Made by a program: the position numbers and the translations under genes
Shown: positions 40,256 through 50,349 of the stretch, piece after piece
How the letters are laid out: the number at the start of each line of letters is the position of its first letter
Numbering within the stretch: position 1 is the stretch's first letter
Assembly (NCBI GenBank): GCA_963682135.1
Contig: OY821645.1
Coordinates: forward strand, 96,001 to 160,000
Length of the DNA stretch: 64,000 nt
Direction: 5' to 3'
DNA from: Methanothrix sp.
Lineage (GTDB): Archaea > Halobacteriota > Methanosarcinia > Methanotrichales > Methanotrichaceae
Notes under the pieces: model-generated
Database searches by the model: none
Told to the model about the DNA's origin: nothing
What the model saw: only the letters and a program-made list of their open reading frames with translations

Positions 40256-40810
40256 ATGAGTATGAAGGAGAGGCTTGATGAGATAGGTTCACGTCTTCGT
40301 GAGCTGAGGGAGCTAAATATGGTATCGTCCGAGGAGATGGCAGAGCACCTTAATGTGCCTGTGGGGACATACAACTGCTATGAAGATGGAAAGCTGGACA
40401 TTCCCGCCAGCATTCTCATCGGCATTGCGCGAAAACTCAACGTTGATACAGGCCTGCTTCTCACTGGCGAAGAGTCCAAGATGAGCATATTCACTATTAC
40501 TCGAAAGGGCGAAGCGGTTGAAGTGGAACGCAGAGAACAATATCACTACCAGAGCTTGGCCAGAAAGTTCGCTCATAAAAAAGCTGAGCCGTTTATAGTC
40601 ACCATCGATCCCAGGAAAGACGGCCCGTCATTCTACAGTCATCCTGGCCAGGAATTTGAATATGTGCTGGAGGGGTCTTTGAAGATCACTATTCATGACA
40701 ATGATGTAGTGCTAAACGCTGGAGACTCCATCTTCTTCGATTCGTCTTATGATCATTATATGCAAGCCCTAAACGACAGGCCAGTGAAGCTGCTGGCTGT
40801 GGTCATGTAG
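40256..40810 (+). CDS. XRE-family HTH / cupin transcriptional regulator
   Basis: N-terminal HTH ([14 protein letters not shown]) and cupin HPGQEF.YVLEG...GDSIFFDS...H. Confidence 0.9.
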   Translation: MSMKERLDEIGSRLRELRELNMVSSEEMAEHLNVPVGTYNCYEDGKLDIPASILIGIARKLNVDTGLLLTGEESKMSIFTITRKGEAVEVERREQYHYQSLARKFAHKKAEPFIVTIDPRKDGPSFYSHPGQEFEYVLEGSLKITIHDNDVVLNAGDSIFFDSSYDHYMQALNDRPVKLLAVVM

Positions 40811-40831
40811 TTGAGAAAGAGGAACTAGAAA

Positions 40832-42733
40832 ATGACGTCATTATTGCCTAAGTTCGTATCTCGGGTCGATTACAAGTCATATGAGGATTTTAAAGAAAAT
40901 CTTAAGATCCTAGTTCCCGAGAACTTCAATTTTGCCTACGATGTAGTCGATGCCTATGCCGCAGAATATCCAGATAAGCGTGCCTTAGTCTGGTGCAATG
41001 ATCACGGTGAAGAGTTGATCATCACCTTCAAAGATCTGAAGATCCAAAGCGACAAGGCCGCCAATCTCTTTTCTAATTACGGACTGAAAAAAGGGGATAC
41101 GGTCATGCTCACCCTCAAGAGCCGCTGGGAGTTCTGGGTATGCATGGTGGGCTTGAACAAGATCGGGGCAATCTCCATTCCTTCTACGCATATGCTAAAG
41201 GCCAAGGACTTCGTTTATCGCATCAAGAAGGGCGATCTGAAGATGATCGTTTGCATAGCTGAGAACGGGGTTCCGGGCGAGTTTGATGAGGCCCACAAGA
41301 GTTTGGGAAATATTTCCCTGGTTAAAGTCCTGGTAGGAAAAACTGACCAGACGCGCGATGGCTGGATAAATTTCAATAATGAGCTGGCTATGGCATCGCC
41401 GGATTTCGTCCGCCCGACCGGAGATCAGGCGACGAGAAATGAGGATATCCTCCTCGGGTACTTTACTTCAGGAACTACGGGATATCCAAAAATGGTCAAA
41501 CATGATCAGACATATCCCCTGGGTCATATTCTTACTGCCAAGTACTGGCAGAATGTGGAGGATGATGGGCTTCATTACACCGTGGCGGATACGGGATGGG
41601 CCAAATGCGCCTGGGGCAAGATCTATGGCCAATGGCTGGCCGGCTCGGCGGTCTTCGTCTACGATTATGATCGATTTGATGCCGGGAAGATGATGGACGA
41701 GATGGGCAAATACGGGGTGACGACCTTCTGTGCTCCCCCGACGATCTTCAGATTCATGATCAAGAGCGACATGTCCAGATATGACTTCTCCCGGCTAAAA
41801 TATGCGGTCACGGCAGGAGAGCCGCTTAACCCGTCGGTTTATGAGAGCTTCCTCGCGACCACTGGCCTGCGCCTCATGGAAGGATTCGGCCAGACGGAGA
41901 CAGTGGTCTGCATTGCCAATTATCCCTGGATGGATCCCAAGCCCGGCTCCATGGGAAAGCCCGCACCGGGATTTGATATTGTATTGGTGGGCAAGAACGA
42001 CAAATTATGTGAGGTGGGTGAAGAAGGCGAGATTGTGATCAAGACGGACAAAGGAAAGCCCGTCGGCCTTTTCACCGATTATCATTCCGATCCGGACAAG
42101 ACCAAGAGCACCTGGCATGATGATTACTACCACACGGGAGACACCGCCTGGCGGGATGAGGACGGATTCTTCTGGTTCATAGGCCGTACGGATGACATGA
42201 TCAAGAGCTCTGGCTATCGGGTAGGACCTTTTGAGGTGGAGAGTGCCCTCATGTCTCATCCATCTGTGATGGAGGTGGCCATTACCGGTGTGCCTGATGC
42301 CATTCGTGGACAGGTAGTGAAGGCGACTATAGTCCTGGCCAAAGGATTTGCCGCTTCCGATGAGCTAAAAAAGGAGCTGCAAGACCACGTAAAGAAGGTC
42401 ACTGCACCCTACAAGTACCCAAGGATCATCGAATTCGTAGAGGAGCTGCCTAAAACCATAAGCGGGAAGATCCGGCGGGTGGAGATCAGAGATAAAGACA
42501 AGCCCTATCCGGTCATCAATACCCTGGAATGCAAGGCATGCGAGCGGTGTATTGAGGCATGTCCCGCGGATGTATTGAAGATGGGTGACGAGCTGAATTC
42601 TCGAGGGTATCACTATGTGCTCTATTCAGGTGACGGCTGCATTGGCTGCGGAGCATGTTATTACACCTGTCCTGAGCCTCTGGCCATTGAGGTTCATGTG
42701 CCCCAGAAAGAGAAAAAAATAGAGGAGAACTAA
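40832..42733 (+). CDS. AMP-forming acyl-CoA synthetase fused to a C-terminal 2x[4Fe-4S] ferredoxin (VorC/delta-like)
   Basis: [28 protein letters not shown] and [11 protein letters not shown], followed in frame by [12 protein letters not shown] and [12 protein letters not shown]. Confidence 0.9.
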   Translation: MTSLLPKFVSRVDYKSYEDFKENLKILVPENFNFAYDVVDAYAAEYPDKRALVWCNDHGEELIITFKDLKIQSDKAANLFSNYGLKKGDTVMLTLKSRWEFWVCMVGLNKIGAISIPSTHMLKAKDFVYRIKKGDLKMIVCIAENGVPGEFDEAHKSLGNISLVKVLVGKTDQTRDGWINFNNELAMASPDFVRPTGDQATRNEDILLGYFTSGTTGYPKMVKHDQTYPLGHILTAKYWQNVEDDGLHYTVADTGWAKCAWGKIYGQWLAGSAVFVYDYDRFDAGKMMDEMGKYGVTTFCAPPTIFRFMIKSDMSRYDFSRLKYAVTAGEPLNPSVYESFLATTGLRLMEGFGQTETVVCIANYPWMDPKPGSMGKPAPGFDIVLVGKNDKLCEVGEEGEIVIKTDKGKPVGLFTDYHSDPDKTKSTWHDDYYHTGDTAWRDEDGFFWFIGRTDDMIKSSGYRVGPFEVESALMSHPSVMEVAITGVPDAIRGQVVKATIVLAKGFAASDELKKELQDHVKKVTAPYKYPRIIEFVEELPKTISGKIRRVEIRDKDKPYPVINTLECKACERCIEACPADVLKMGDELNSRGYHYVLYSGDGCIGCGACYYTCPEPLAIEVHVPQKEKKIEEN

Positions 42734-42737
42734 AAAA

Positions 42738-43781
42738 ATGGCGTCTCAGTTAATTGATGGAAACAAAGCCGTGATCGTGGGTGCTCTTTACGCTGGGTGT
42801 GACTGCTTCTTTGGCTACCCAATTACACCCGCCAGCGAGATATTGCATGAAGCTTCTCGTTATTTCCCCAAAGTGGGCCGTAAGTTTGTGCAGGCTGAAT
42901 CGGAAGAAGCAGCAATTAATATGGTCTACGGGGCGGCAGGTGCAGGGCACCGAGTGCTTGCGGCATCTTCCGGCCCGGGCATGAGCCTCAAGCAGGAGGG
43001 GATAACATATATCGCCGGTGCAGAGCTTCCCTGCGTTATTGTAGATATCTGTCGGGCGGGGCCGGGCCTGGGCAACATCGGGCCGGAGCAATCGGACTAC
43101 AATCAAGCTTGCAAAGGTGGGGGGCATGGCTGTTATCATAACATTGTTCTGGCACCGGCAAGTGTGCAGGAGATGTGCGACCTTACTCGCAAGGGTTTCC
43201 TTCTGGCCTTTAAATACAGAAATCCAGTAGTGGTTTTGGCTGACGGAGTGCTGGGGCACATGGTCGAACCTCTGGAGTTTCCCAAAGAGGCGCTCGCACC
43301 AACCATTGACACCACCTGGGCAGTGAATGGTCGAGCCGAGACAAGAGGCAATCTGATAACCTCAATTATGCTCAACTTCGATGAGATGGAGAGGCACAAC
43401 TACAAGCTGCAAGAGAAGTATGAACGCATAAAGAAGAATGAAGTGGCATGGGAGGGCTATCGGCTGGAGGATGCCAGTGTGGTGCTGGTCTCCTACGGCA
43501 TCAGCAGCAGGATCGCCAGGTCAGCAGTGGATGCTGCACGAAAAGAGGGCATCAAGGCCGGTCTCTTCCGGCCCATCACTCTCTTCCCCTTCCCGGAAAA
43601 GGCGGTGCGTGCGCTGGCCGAGCGCGGCTGCAAGTTCATCTCCGTGGAGATGAGCGACGGACAGATGCGTGAGGACATTCGCCTTGCCACCGGCTGCATG
43701 CCGGTAGAGCTGGTCTGCCGCTACGGAGGAAATTTGATCGGCATGGATTCTGTCTTGGAGAAGATAAGGGAGGTGGCTTAG
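42738..43781 (+). CDS. vorB: 2-oxoisovalerate:ferredoxin oxidoreductase subunit VorB (alpha-type)
   Basis: [45 protein letters not shown] motifs. Confidence 0.9.
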   Translation: MASQLIDGNKAVIVGALYAGCDCFFGYPITPASEILHEASRYFPKVGRKFVQAESEEAAINMVYGAAGAGHRVLAASSGPGMSLKQEGITYIAGAELPCVIVDICRAGPGLGNIGPEQSDYNQACKGGGHGCYHNIVLAPASVQEMCDLTRKGFLLAFKYRNPVVVLADGVLGHMVEPLEFPKEALAPTIDTTWAVNGRAETRGNLITSIMLNFDEMERHNYKLQEKYERIKKNEVAWEGYRLEDASVVLVSYGISSRIARSAVDAARKEGIKAGLFRPITLFPFPEKAVRALAERGCKFISVEMSDGQMREDIRLATGCMPVELVCRYGGNLIGMDSVLEKIREVA

Positions 43782-43783
43782 AG

Positions 43784-45229
43784 ATGGCAGCAATAGAGAA
43801 GGTGATCGGAGGTCATCCCGGCATATATGCAAAGTTTCCCAGGAAGGGGGGGGCCGCACCTACTGCCACCCATTACTGTCCTGGTTGTGGCCACGGCATT
43901 TTGCATAAGCTCATCGGTGAGGCTATGGCTGACCTTGGCATCCAGGATCGGTGTGTCGTGATCAGTCCTGTGGGATGCGCCGTTTTCGCCTACTACTATT
44001 TGGATTGCGGTCATATGCAGGCCGCCCATGGTCGCGCTCCGGCTATCGCTACAGGTATATCGCGGTCCGAGGACAACGCCATCATCATCTCCTACCAGGG
44101 AGACGGCGATCTGGCCTCGATTGGACTGAACGAGACCATTCAGGCTGCCAATCGGGGCGAGAAGCTGGCTGTATTCTTCGTCAACAACAGCGTCTACGGC
44201 ATGACCGGCGGCCAGATGGCACCTACTACCTTGATTGGAGAGGTCACGGCCACCACTCCAGGCGGGCGCATTGCCAGCGAACAGGGCTATCCCATTCACA
44301 TCTGCGAACTGCTGGATACGCTAAAAGCACCGGTATTCATCGAGCGAGCATCGCTTTCGGACATCGAGCATATCAGAAAAGCACGCCGGGCAGTCAAAAA
44401 GGCTCTGGAGATTCAGAGGGACAAGAAAGGATACGCCTTTGTGGAGCTGCTTTCCCCCTGCCCCACTATCTTGAGGATGGATGCCAAGGCCATAGCCAAT
44501 TTCGTCAATGAGCAGATGGAAAAGGAGTTTCCGCTAAAGCGATTCCGGGACAGATCCGCCGAAGCACAGGCCATAACCAGGGCTGAGAGTGACTTTTCTC
44601 AAGAAGCACTGGATAAGACCTTTGGCTGTGAGAGCGGGATATGCGTTTCGTTCCAGGAGGACCCGGAGTTTGCGGCCAAGGGCGTGAAGATCGCCGGCTT
44701 TGGAGGACAGGGCGTGTTGAGCATGGGCCTGACCCTGGCCCAGGCAGGCTTTGGCAGCGGACGCTATGTTTCTTACTATCCCGACTACGGACCGGAGCAG
44801 AGGGGCGGAACCTCGAATTGTACTGTGGTCATTTCCGGCCGGCCCATCGGCTCGCCGGTGGTGGACCATCCCGACGTGCTGGTGGCCTTCAACCGCCCGT
44901 CTCTGGAGAAGTTTGCGCCCACCGTCAAGAAGGGCGGAGTGATTCTCTATGACTCTTTAGCCGGACAATTCCAGGCACCGGAGGGCGTGAAAGCCATATC
45001 CGTTCCGGCCACGGGGATCGCTACAGAACGTGGGACTCCGCAGGCGACCAATACGGCTATGCTCGGAGCCCTGATGCAGGCGGGAAAGCTGGGTCTGCCC
45101 CATGAGGCTTATGGGAATGCCTTCCGCGTGACTTTTGCCAAGAAGCCCAAGCTCGTTACCAAGAACCTGGATATTCTGGAGGCAGGAGCGCAGGCTGCTA
45201 AGGTTCTGGAGATGGCAGCGAAAAAGTGA
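43784..45229 (+). CDS. vorA: 2-oxoisovalerate:ferredoxin oxidoreductase subunit VorA (beta-gamma fusion)
   Basis: [13 protein letters not shown]...IG and NN..YGMTGGQ (TPP domain), plus AGFGGQG and [12 protein letters not shown] (gamma domain). Confidence 0.9.
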   Translation: MAAIEKVIGGHPGIYAKFPRKGGAAPTATHYCPGCGHGILHKLIGEAMADLGIQDRCVVISPVGCAVFAYYYLDCGHMQAAHGRAPAIATGISRSEDNAIIISYQGDGDLASIGLNETIQAANRGEKLAVFFVNNSVYGMTGGQMAPTTLIGEVTATTPGGRIASEQGYPIHICELLDTLKAPVFIERASLSDIEHIRKARRAVKKALEIQRDKKGYAFVELLSPCPTILRMDAKAIANFVNEQMEKEFPLKRFRDRSAEAQAITRAESDFSQEALDKTFGCESGICVSFQEDPEFAAKGVKIAGFGGQGVLSMGLTLAQAGFGSGRYVSYYPDYGPEQRGGTSNCTVVISGRPIGSPVVDHPDVLVAFNRPSLEKFAPTVKKGGVILYDSLAGQFQAPEGVKAISVPATGIATERGTPQATNTAMLGALMQAGKLGLPHEAYGNAFRVTFAKKPKLVTKNLDILEAGAQAAKVLEMAAKK

Positions 45230-45241
45230 GGAATTGGTTGG

Positions 45242-45279
45242 CCCACTCGCAGGGCGGGTGGGATGATTTTCGTTTTTTT
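45242..45279 (+). terminator. Hairpin plus T-tract after vorA
   Basis: CCCACTCGC-AGG-GCGGGTGGG followed by a T-rich run. Confidence 0.55.
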
Positions 45280-45328
45280 GCAATTCGGGACTCTACATTT
45301 ATCACTGAGAAGCAATAAGGGATAGAAT

Positions 45329-46339
45329 ATGGGAGTTGATTTGGGAGACCTGTTGCATCGAAAGAAGATCGAGATAAAGGACCTCTCCGGAAGATGGGTG
45401 GCAATCGATGCCTTCAACACCCTCTACCAGTTCCTGAGCATAATCCGGCAAAAGGACGGCACGCCGCTCATGGACAGCCAGGGAAGGGTGACCTCGCATC
45501 TATCCGGTTTATTATATCGCACCACTAATCTCATTGAAGCCGGGGTTAAGGTGGCCTTTATCTTCGACGGAAAGCCGCCCACCTTTAAAGCTGAAACGCT
45601 TGCGCAGAGGTCAGAGGCTAGGGAGAAGGCAGCATCCGCCTGGGAAGAGGCAAAAGCAGCCGGCCAGGATGGATTCAAGTATGCTCAGGCGGCCTCCCGC
45701 ATCAACTCCGAGATCCTGGAGGACGGAAGAAGGCTGATCTCAGCCATGGGGCTTCCCGTCATTCAGGCCCCATCGGAGGGCGAGGCGCAGGCTGCCAGCA
45801 TGTGCGCCAGGGGAGACGTTGAACTGGTGGGAAGCCAGGACTACGATTCGCTCCTCTTCGGGGCACCTCAGGTGGTGAGGAATCTGGCCATCACCGGCAA
45901 ACGAAAGCTTCCCAAGAAGAACATTTACGTGGATGTGGAGCCGGAGATTATCAATTTAGAGGAAGGGCTGGCACGCCTGGGCATCAGCCGAAAGCAGCTT
46001 GTGGAGATCGGCATTATGTGCGGCACCGACTACAACGCCGGATTAACCCGGGTCGGCCCAAAGACGGCTCTAAAACTTATCAGGGAAAAGAGAGACCTGG
46101 AATCCATCCTGGCCGAACAGGAAGAGATGATCGAAAGCTTCGCACAGATTAGGGAGTTCTTCCTTCATCCCGATGTCACAGATGATTACGAGATCAAGAT
46201 GAAAAAGCCCTGCGTGGATGAGATAGTCTCCTTCCTGGTTTCTGAGAGGGATTTTGATCAGGAAAGAGTTGAAAAAACAGCATTGCGGCTGGAGGAGGTT
46301 TACAGACGTGGCCAGAGCACCCTCGACCGATGGTTCTAG
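45329..46339 (+). CDS. fen: Flap endonuclease 1
   Basis: IDAFNTLYQFL, TSHLSGL, FDG, APSEGEAQA, SQDYD, GTDYN motifs and C-terminal PIP box QSTLDRWF. Confidence 0.97.
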   Translation: MGVDLGDLLHRKKIEIKDLSGRWVAIDAFNTLYQFLSIIRQKDGTPLMDSQGRVTSHLSGLLYRTTNLIEAGVKVAFIFDGKPPTFKAETLAQRSEAREKAASAWEEAKAAGQDGFKYAQAASRINSEILEDGRRLISAMGLPVIQAPSEGEAQAASMCARGDVELVGSQDYDSLLFGAPQVVRNLAITGKRKLPKKNIYVDVEPEIINLEEGLARLGISRKQLVEIGIMCGTDYNAGLTRVGPKTALKLIREKRDLESILAEQEEMIESFAQIREFFLHPDVTDDYEIKMKKPCVDEIVSFLVSERDFDQERVEKTALRLEEVYRRGQSTLDRWF

Positions 46340-47330
46340 CTGCACCGTCTCCGCCATCTCCGGCTACGACCTTGACCTGGATAAGGCTATTGATCTTATC
46401 CGGAAGAGCGGGGCGCGCCTTGTGGGATTGCAGGCTCCGGAAGGGCTGAAGAGAGCCATCCCTGCTCTGGCTCGATGCATTGAGGAGAGGACTGGAGCGA
46501 AGGTCATAATCTCTGGTGACCCTTGCTTCGGGGCCTGCGACGTTGATATGCAGCTGGCCCAGGAGGTGGATCTGATGCTCCATCTGGGCCATGCACAGCT
46601 TGAGGAAGGGCCCGGCAATGTCATCTTTCTGGAGGCCAGAATGAGAGAGGACCTAAGAGTGGTGGTGGAGAAGGCCGCCCAGGTCCTCAAGGCCAGAAGA
46701 GTAGGCGTTACTACTACCATTCAACATGTGCACAAGCTTGACCAGGCACTGGAGGCCCTCAAGAAGCAAGGCATCCAGGGCCTTGTCGGACCGGCAGGGG
46801 GCCGGATAAACCAGGCGGGCCAGGTACTGGGCTGCTGCTACTGCACAGCCCGGAACCTGGATGTGGAGGAGTATCTCTTCATCGGCACGGGGCAGTTTCA
46901 TCCTTTGGGCATCGCTCTGGCCACAGGCAAGCGAGTGGTAATCGCAGACCCGGCTAGCGGCGAAGTATCGGAAATCGATACCGATCCCATGCTTCGCAGA
47001 CGATTTGGGGCCATCGCACGGGCAGGGGAAGCAAAGCGTTTCGCTGTCCTGGTTTCAAAGAAACCCGGACAAAAACGGATGGATCTGGCAAAAAAGCTCA
47101 AGACCCTGGGAGAAGCCAGGGGATTGGAGATGTTTCTGGTCTATTTGGACAACATCGAGCCTGACAGGCTGCTAAACCTGGGAGCAGAGGCGGCAGTCTC
47201 CACTGCCTGCCCGAGAGTAGCTCTGGATGATGCAGCCAAGTACAGGATACCAATCCTCACGCCGCCCGAGTTCGAGGTGCTGCTGGGGGAGAGGAAGTGG
47301 GAGGATTACAGCTTTGATGAGATAGAATAG
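46308..47330 (+). CDS. dph2: Diphthamide biosynthesis enzyme Dph2
   Basis: LQAPEGLK, CFGACD, HLGH, GQVLGC, FHPLG, KPGQ, TACPR motifs. GTG 46308 chosen because GGAGGAGG lies at 46291-46298. Confidence 0.92.
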   Translation: MARAPSTDGSSCTVSAISGYDLDLDKAIDLIRKSGARLVGLQAPEGLKRAIPALARCIEERTGAKVIISGDPCFGACDVDMQLAQEVDLMLHLGHAQLEEGPGNVIFLEARMREDLRVVVEKAAQVLKARRVGVTTTIQHVHKLDQALEALKKQGIQGLVGPAGGRINQAGQVLGCCYCTARNLDVEEYLFIGTGQFHPLGIALATGKRVVIADPASGEVSEIDTDPMLRRRFGAIARAGEAKRFAVLVSKKPGQKRMDLAKKLKTLGEARGLEMFLVYLDNIEPDRLLNLGAEAAVSTACPRVALDDAAKYRIPILTPPEFEVLLGERKWEDYSFDEIE

Positions 47331-47464
47331 ATCTATTTAGCAGAATATGATCTGTTCAATATTTTTTATTAAGTGGCCGCTCTAACAAATCGGAATATGT
47401 TATTGATTAATTAGCGATTCTTGCATAATGGCATAGAAAACGAAACGCGAAGGAGGCATGGAAG

Positions 47465-48733
47465 ATGAAGTATTATTTAATTTTGTGCTATTTGATCTGC
47501 ATTATGGCTGCAGCTAATGCAGGATACGGAGCAGATTCTGAGGCGCAGGATATCAGGATAGGTGTAATGCTCCCCATTACAGGGGACTGGTCTTCACAGG
47601 GGGCCATATCGAATGTTGCACTGGGCATTGCCGATGATGATGTAAACAGTCTCCTGAAGGATATCGGCTCTTCTTGGAGGGTTAATCTAACTACTGAAGA
47701 TACTGGGACGGATCCTGAGACTGCTCTACGGGAACTGAAAAATCTTGGCGGGCAGGGGATACGTCTGGTAATTGCTGCTGTATCCAGCTCTGAGCTGTAT
47801 GCTATGAAAGATTACGCTAATGCCAATAATATAATGATAATAGGAACTGCCAGTACATCCCCAACTCTTGCAATACCTGAAGACAACGTTATCAGGCTGG
47901 TTCCAGATGATGTAAATCAGGGCAAAGCTATGGCAGAGTTGCTAAAATTGGAGAATATCACTGCGATAGTCCCCATAACCAGAGGAGATGTTTGGGGAGA
48001 GGGACTGCTAAATGCCACCAAATCTAGTTTTGAGGGCTATGGAGGAGTTGTGCTGGAAGGCGTGAGCTACGAGCCGGGAACTGACCTTTCTTCTGGGATC
48101 AATAAATTGAGTGCCATTGTAAAGGAGAGCAAGAGCAGATTTAGTCCCGCTGGAATAGGCGTCTACATGGTCTCATTTGACGAGGCAATACCTCTAATGG
48201 CTATGGCTTCCAGAGATCCTGAGCTATCATCGGTGAGATGGTTTGGATCAGATGGAATGGCGAATGGCTCCAGCTTAGTTGAGAACTCCACTGCCGCAGA
48301 ATTCGCCTGCAAAACAGGACTGATCTGCCCCATCTATGGAGTTCTACCTGGACAATTCATCCGGAATATGAGTGATTACGAAAATGTTATCGAGGTGATC
48401 AAGCAGAAGACCGGCTCCTCGCCCAGCGGCTATGCCTTGGCGTCTTACGACGCGCTATGGATCGCATCTGAATCCATGATTTTAAGCGGATCCGGCAACA
48501 CATCTCAGCTTAAGGAAGCTATTACCAACATCGCCAATAGGTTCACTGGAATTACAGGACCGCTCAGCATAAATAATGCAGGGGACAGAGAATCAGCGAC
48601 ATATCAATTTCTGGAAGTAAATAAAACCGACAACAATTACGTCTGGCAGATAGCGGGAGACTTCAGATCAGGACCAAGTGGCGGAGTGCTCAATTTCAAT
48701 GGACAGACCGCAAAGGTAAGGACTGTGCACTAA
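47465..48733 (+). CDS. Type I periplasmic-binding-fold solute-binding protein (LivK/branched-chain amino acid-like)
   Basis: Signal peptide; IGVMLPITG, EDT.TDP, STSP.L, R.VPDD..QG, YDA.W, F.GITG....N..GDR motifs. No permease or ATPase nearby. Confidence 0.85.
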   Translation: MKYYLILCYLICIMAAANAGYGADSEAQDIRIGVMLPITGDWSSQGAISNVALGIADDDVNSLLKDIGSSWRVNLTTEDTGTDPETALRELKNLGGQGIRLVIAAVSSSELYAMKDYANANNIMIIGTASTSPTLAIPEDNVIRLVPDDVNQGKAMAELLKLENITAIVPITRGDVWGEGLLNATKSSFEGYGGVVLEGVSYEPGTDLSSGINKLSAIVKESKSRFSPAGIGVYMVSFDEAIPLMAMASRDPELSSVRWFGSDGMANGSSLVENSTAAEFACKTGLICPIYGVLPGQFIRNMSDYENVIEVIKQKTGSSPSGYALASYDALWIASESMILSGSGNTSQLKEAITNIANRFTGITGPLSINNAGDRESATYQFLEVNKTDNNYVWQIAGDFRSGPSGGVLNFNGQTAKVRTVH

Positions 48734-48934
48734 TGAAGATTGGCTCTTCGCTGGGTCGTTTAGGCTGGACTTTGCGGAGAAATCTGATGCGGATAGTCCT
48801 TTATTCCTTTTTGTCTTTCAATAGCAGCGCTGCTCTCCTCGCGTTCTGCCCTGTATGAGCCACACCTGATAGACACACCTGCAATTCGAATCGACTATCA
48901 CCCGCAGGCGAAACCTTGGTTGGGGAAAACAAGC

Positions 48935-49224
48935 AGGCTCGGGAAGCCGGGGAATAAATCGACTGGCTATGATCCTTACGATTACTACGACATCGGCAAC
49001 TTCGATCAGAAAGGCGGTAGATCTACATGGTTCGGTTCCAAGGCAGATCCGATTGATCTTATTGAAACTGCGCACAACCATGGATGCAGGTCTACGCTGA
49101 TATGGCCTTCAACCATAATAGCGGGGGAGAGGCAGAGAAGCAGAATCCCATCGATTCCAAGATGCGTTGGACCCAATTTCGACCTGAGTGCGGACAATTC
49201 CACCGTGATTGGTCCTTGTGTTGA
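48935..49224 (+). pseudogene. GH13 alpha-amylase gene fragment
   Basis: STGYDPYDYYDIGNFDQKG...TWFGSK...LI..AH..G, then after a 1-nt frameshift (~49083) MQVYADMAFNHNSGG..NP....WTQF. Both ends are missing. Confidence 0.8.
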
Positions 49225-49357
49225 ACAACCGCTGCACATGGAATGGCGCATGGGTCCAAACCCGGAGGACCAACGGCGACCGCTGGACTGAACTTTGGGC
49301 GCCACTGCGAGGTTGTGCCGTGTATATCTCACTGTATTAATATATTATGATACTTTG

Positions 49358-50020
49358 CTAACGTCTGGCAGAATCATCGAACGCAATCTTCTTTTCGGTT
49401 TGGAAAGATCCCGAATAGATTTGCTCACTTTTATTCATATTGATCGACCAGCCTCGCATGTTCTTGATATCCCAGAGCCCCTCAAAGGCCAGTGCCGTGT
49501 CATAATGCATTGTATTATTGAAACGATTAACGGACCTGATGATATTACTCTCACTCTTGTCAACATGGCTCAGATTGAACCTCTCGCTCACGCTGGCACC
49601 GATGCCTTTTTCGAATAGCGGCAGTCTCGTGCTCTTGCTATTTTTGAGCAGTCCCCCCGTAAAGACCAGATCGGATTTCTGGGTGAAATCGACCTCTCTG
49701 CCAACCTTATTCAAGTTTCGTATAGATTCGAGGTTGATTGATCCATAGCCTTTCATCCATCCTTTGGAATCAATGGCACGATCGTGAAATGACCCTTTGA
49801 TGGAAACCTCTCCCCTACCACTTACCGTTGATGACTCATCAAAGAAGAATCCTTTATCTGCAGAAGGCTTCTCATTTATATGGTGCCTGAGACCATAGCC
49901 GGGAGTAAAATAGTTCACATTGGGCCCATAATCAGCCGCTTCGACACTGCAAAAAAAGCCCGCTGTCAACGCTAGGGCCATTGCCGCCATGACGATCAGA
50001 CCGAGCAAATTCCCTTTCAC
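49358..50020 (-). CDS. Secreted hypothetical protein
   Basis: 220 aa; signal peptide ending VEA; beta-rich composition. Confidence 0.7.
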   Translation of the reverse strand: MKGNLLGLIVMAAMALALTAGFFCSVEAADYGPNVNYFTPGYGLRHHINEKPSADKGFFFDESSTVSGRGEVSIKGSFHDRAIDSKGWMKGYGSINLESIRNLNKVGREVDFTQKSDLVFTGGLLKNSKSTRLPLFEKGIGASVSERFNLSHVDKSESNIIRSVNRFNNTMHYDTALAFEGLWDIKNMRGWSINMNKSEQIYSGSFQTEKKIAFDDSARR

Positions 50021-50349
50021 TGAAATATCTTGATGGCGAGATGAGATAATTAATCTTTTGATCCAATCTCATCTCGTCGCATATTTCATCTCGTCGCATA
50101 TTATATCTCATTTGCACCCTTGCGCGGCTGGTGATCCGCGGCGCCATCATCCTCTTTCAACTTTTGCAGATTATAGGGAGCTCAAACTCGCCTCGCAGAT
50201 CTAGCTGAAATCGCCCCTCATATACCATTCCTTAGCTTTGGACCGAGCAGCATCTGATTCTCTGCTATTGCCAAGTGCATCATGCTTGCCATGCTCAAAG
50301 AGAGCCATGCTTTTGTAGTACCATGCCCATCTATATTCCGGATTCATAC

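Noticed and set aside
50066-50111. 17-bp tandem duplication TCATCTCGTCGCATATT
   Set aside because: There are only two copies; most likely a local slippage event.
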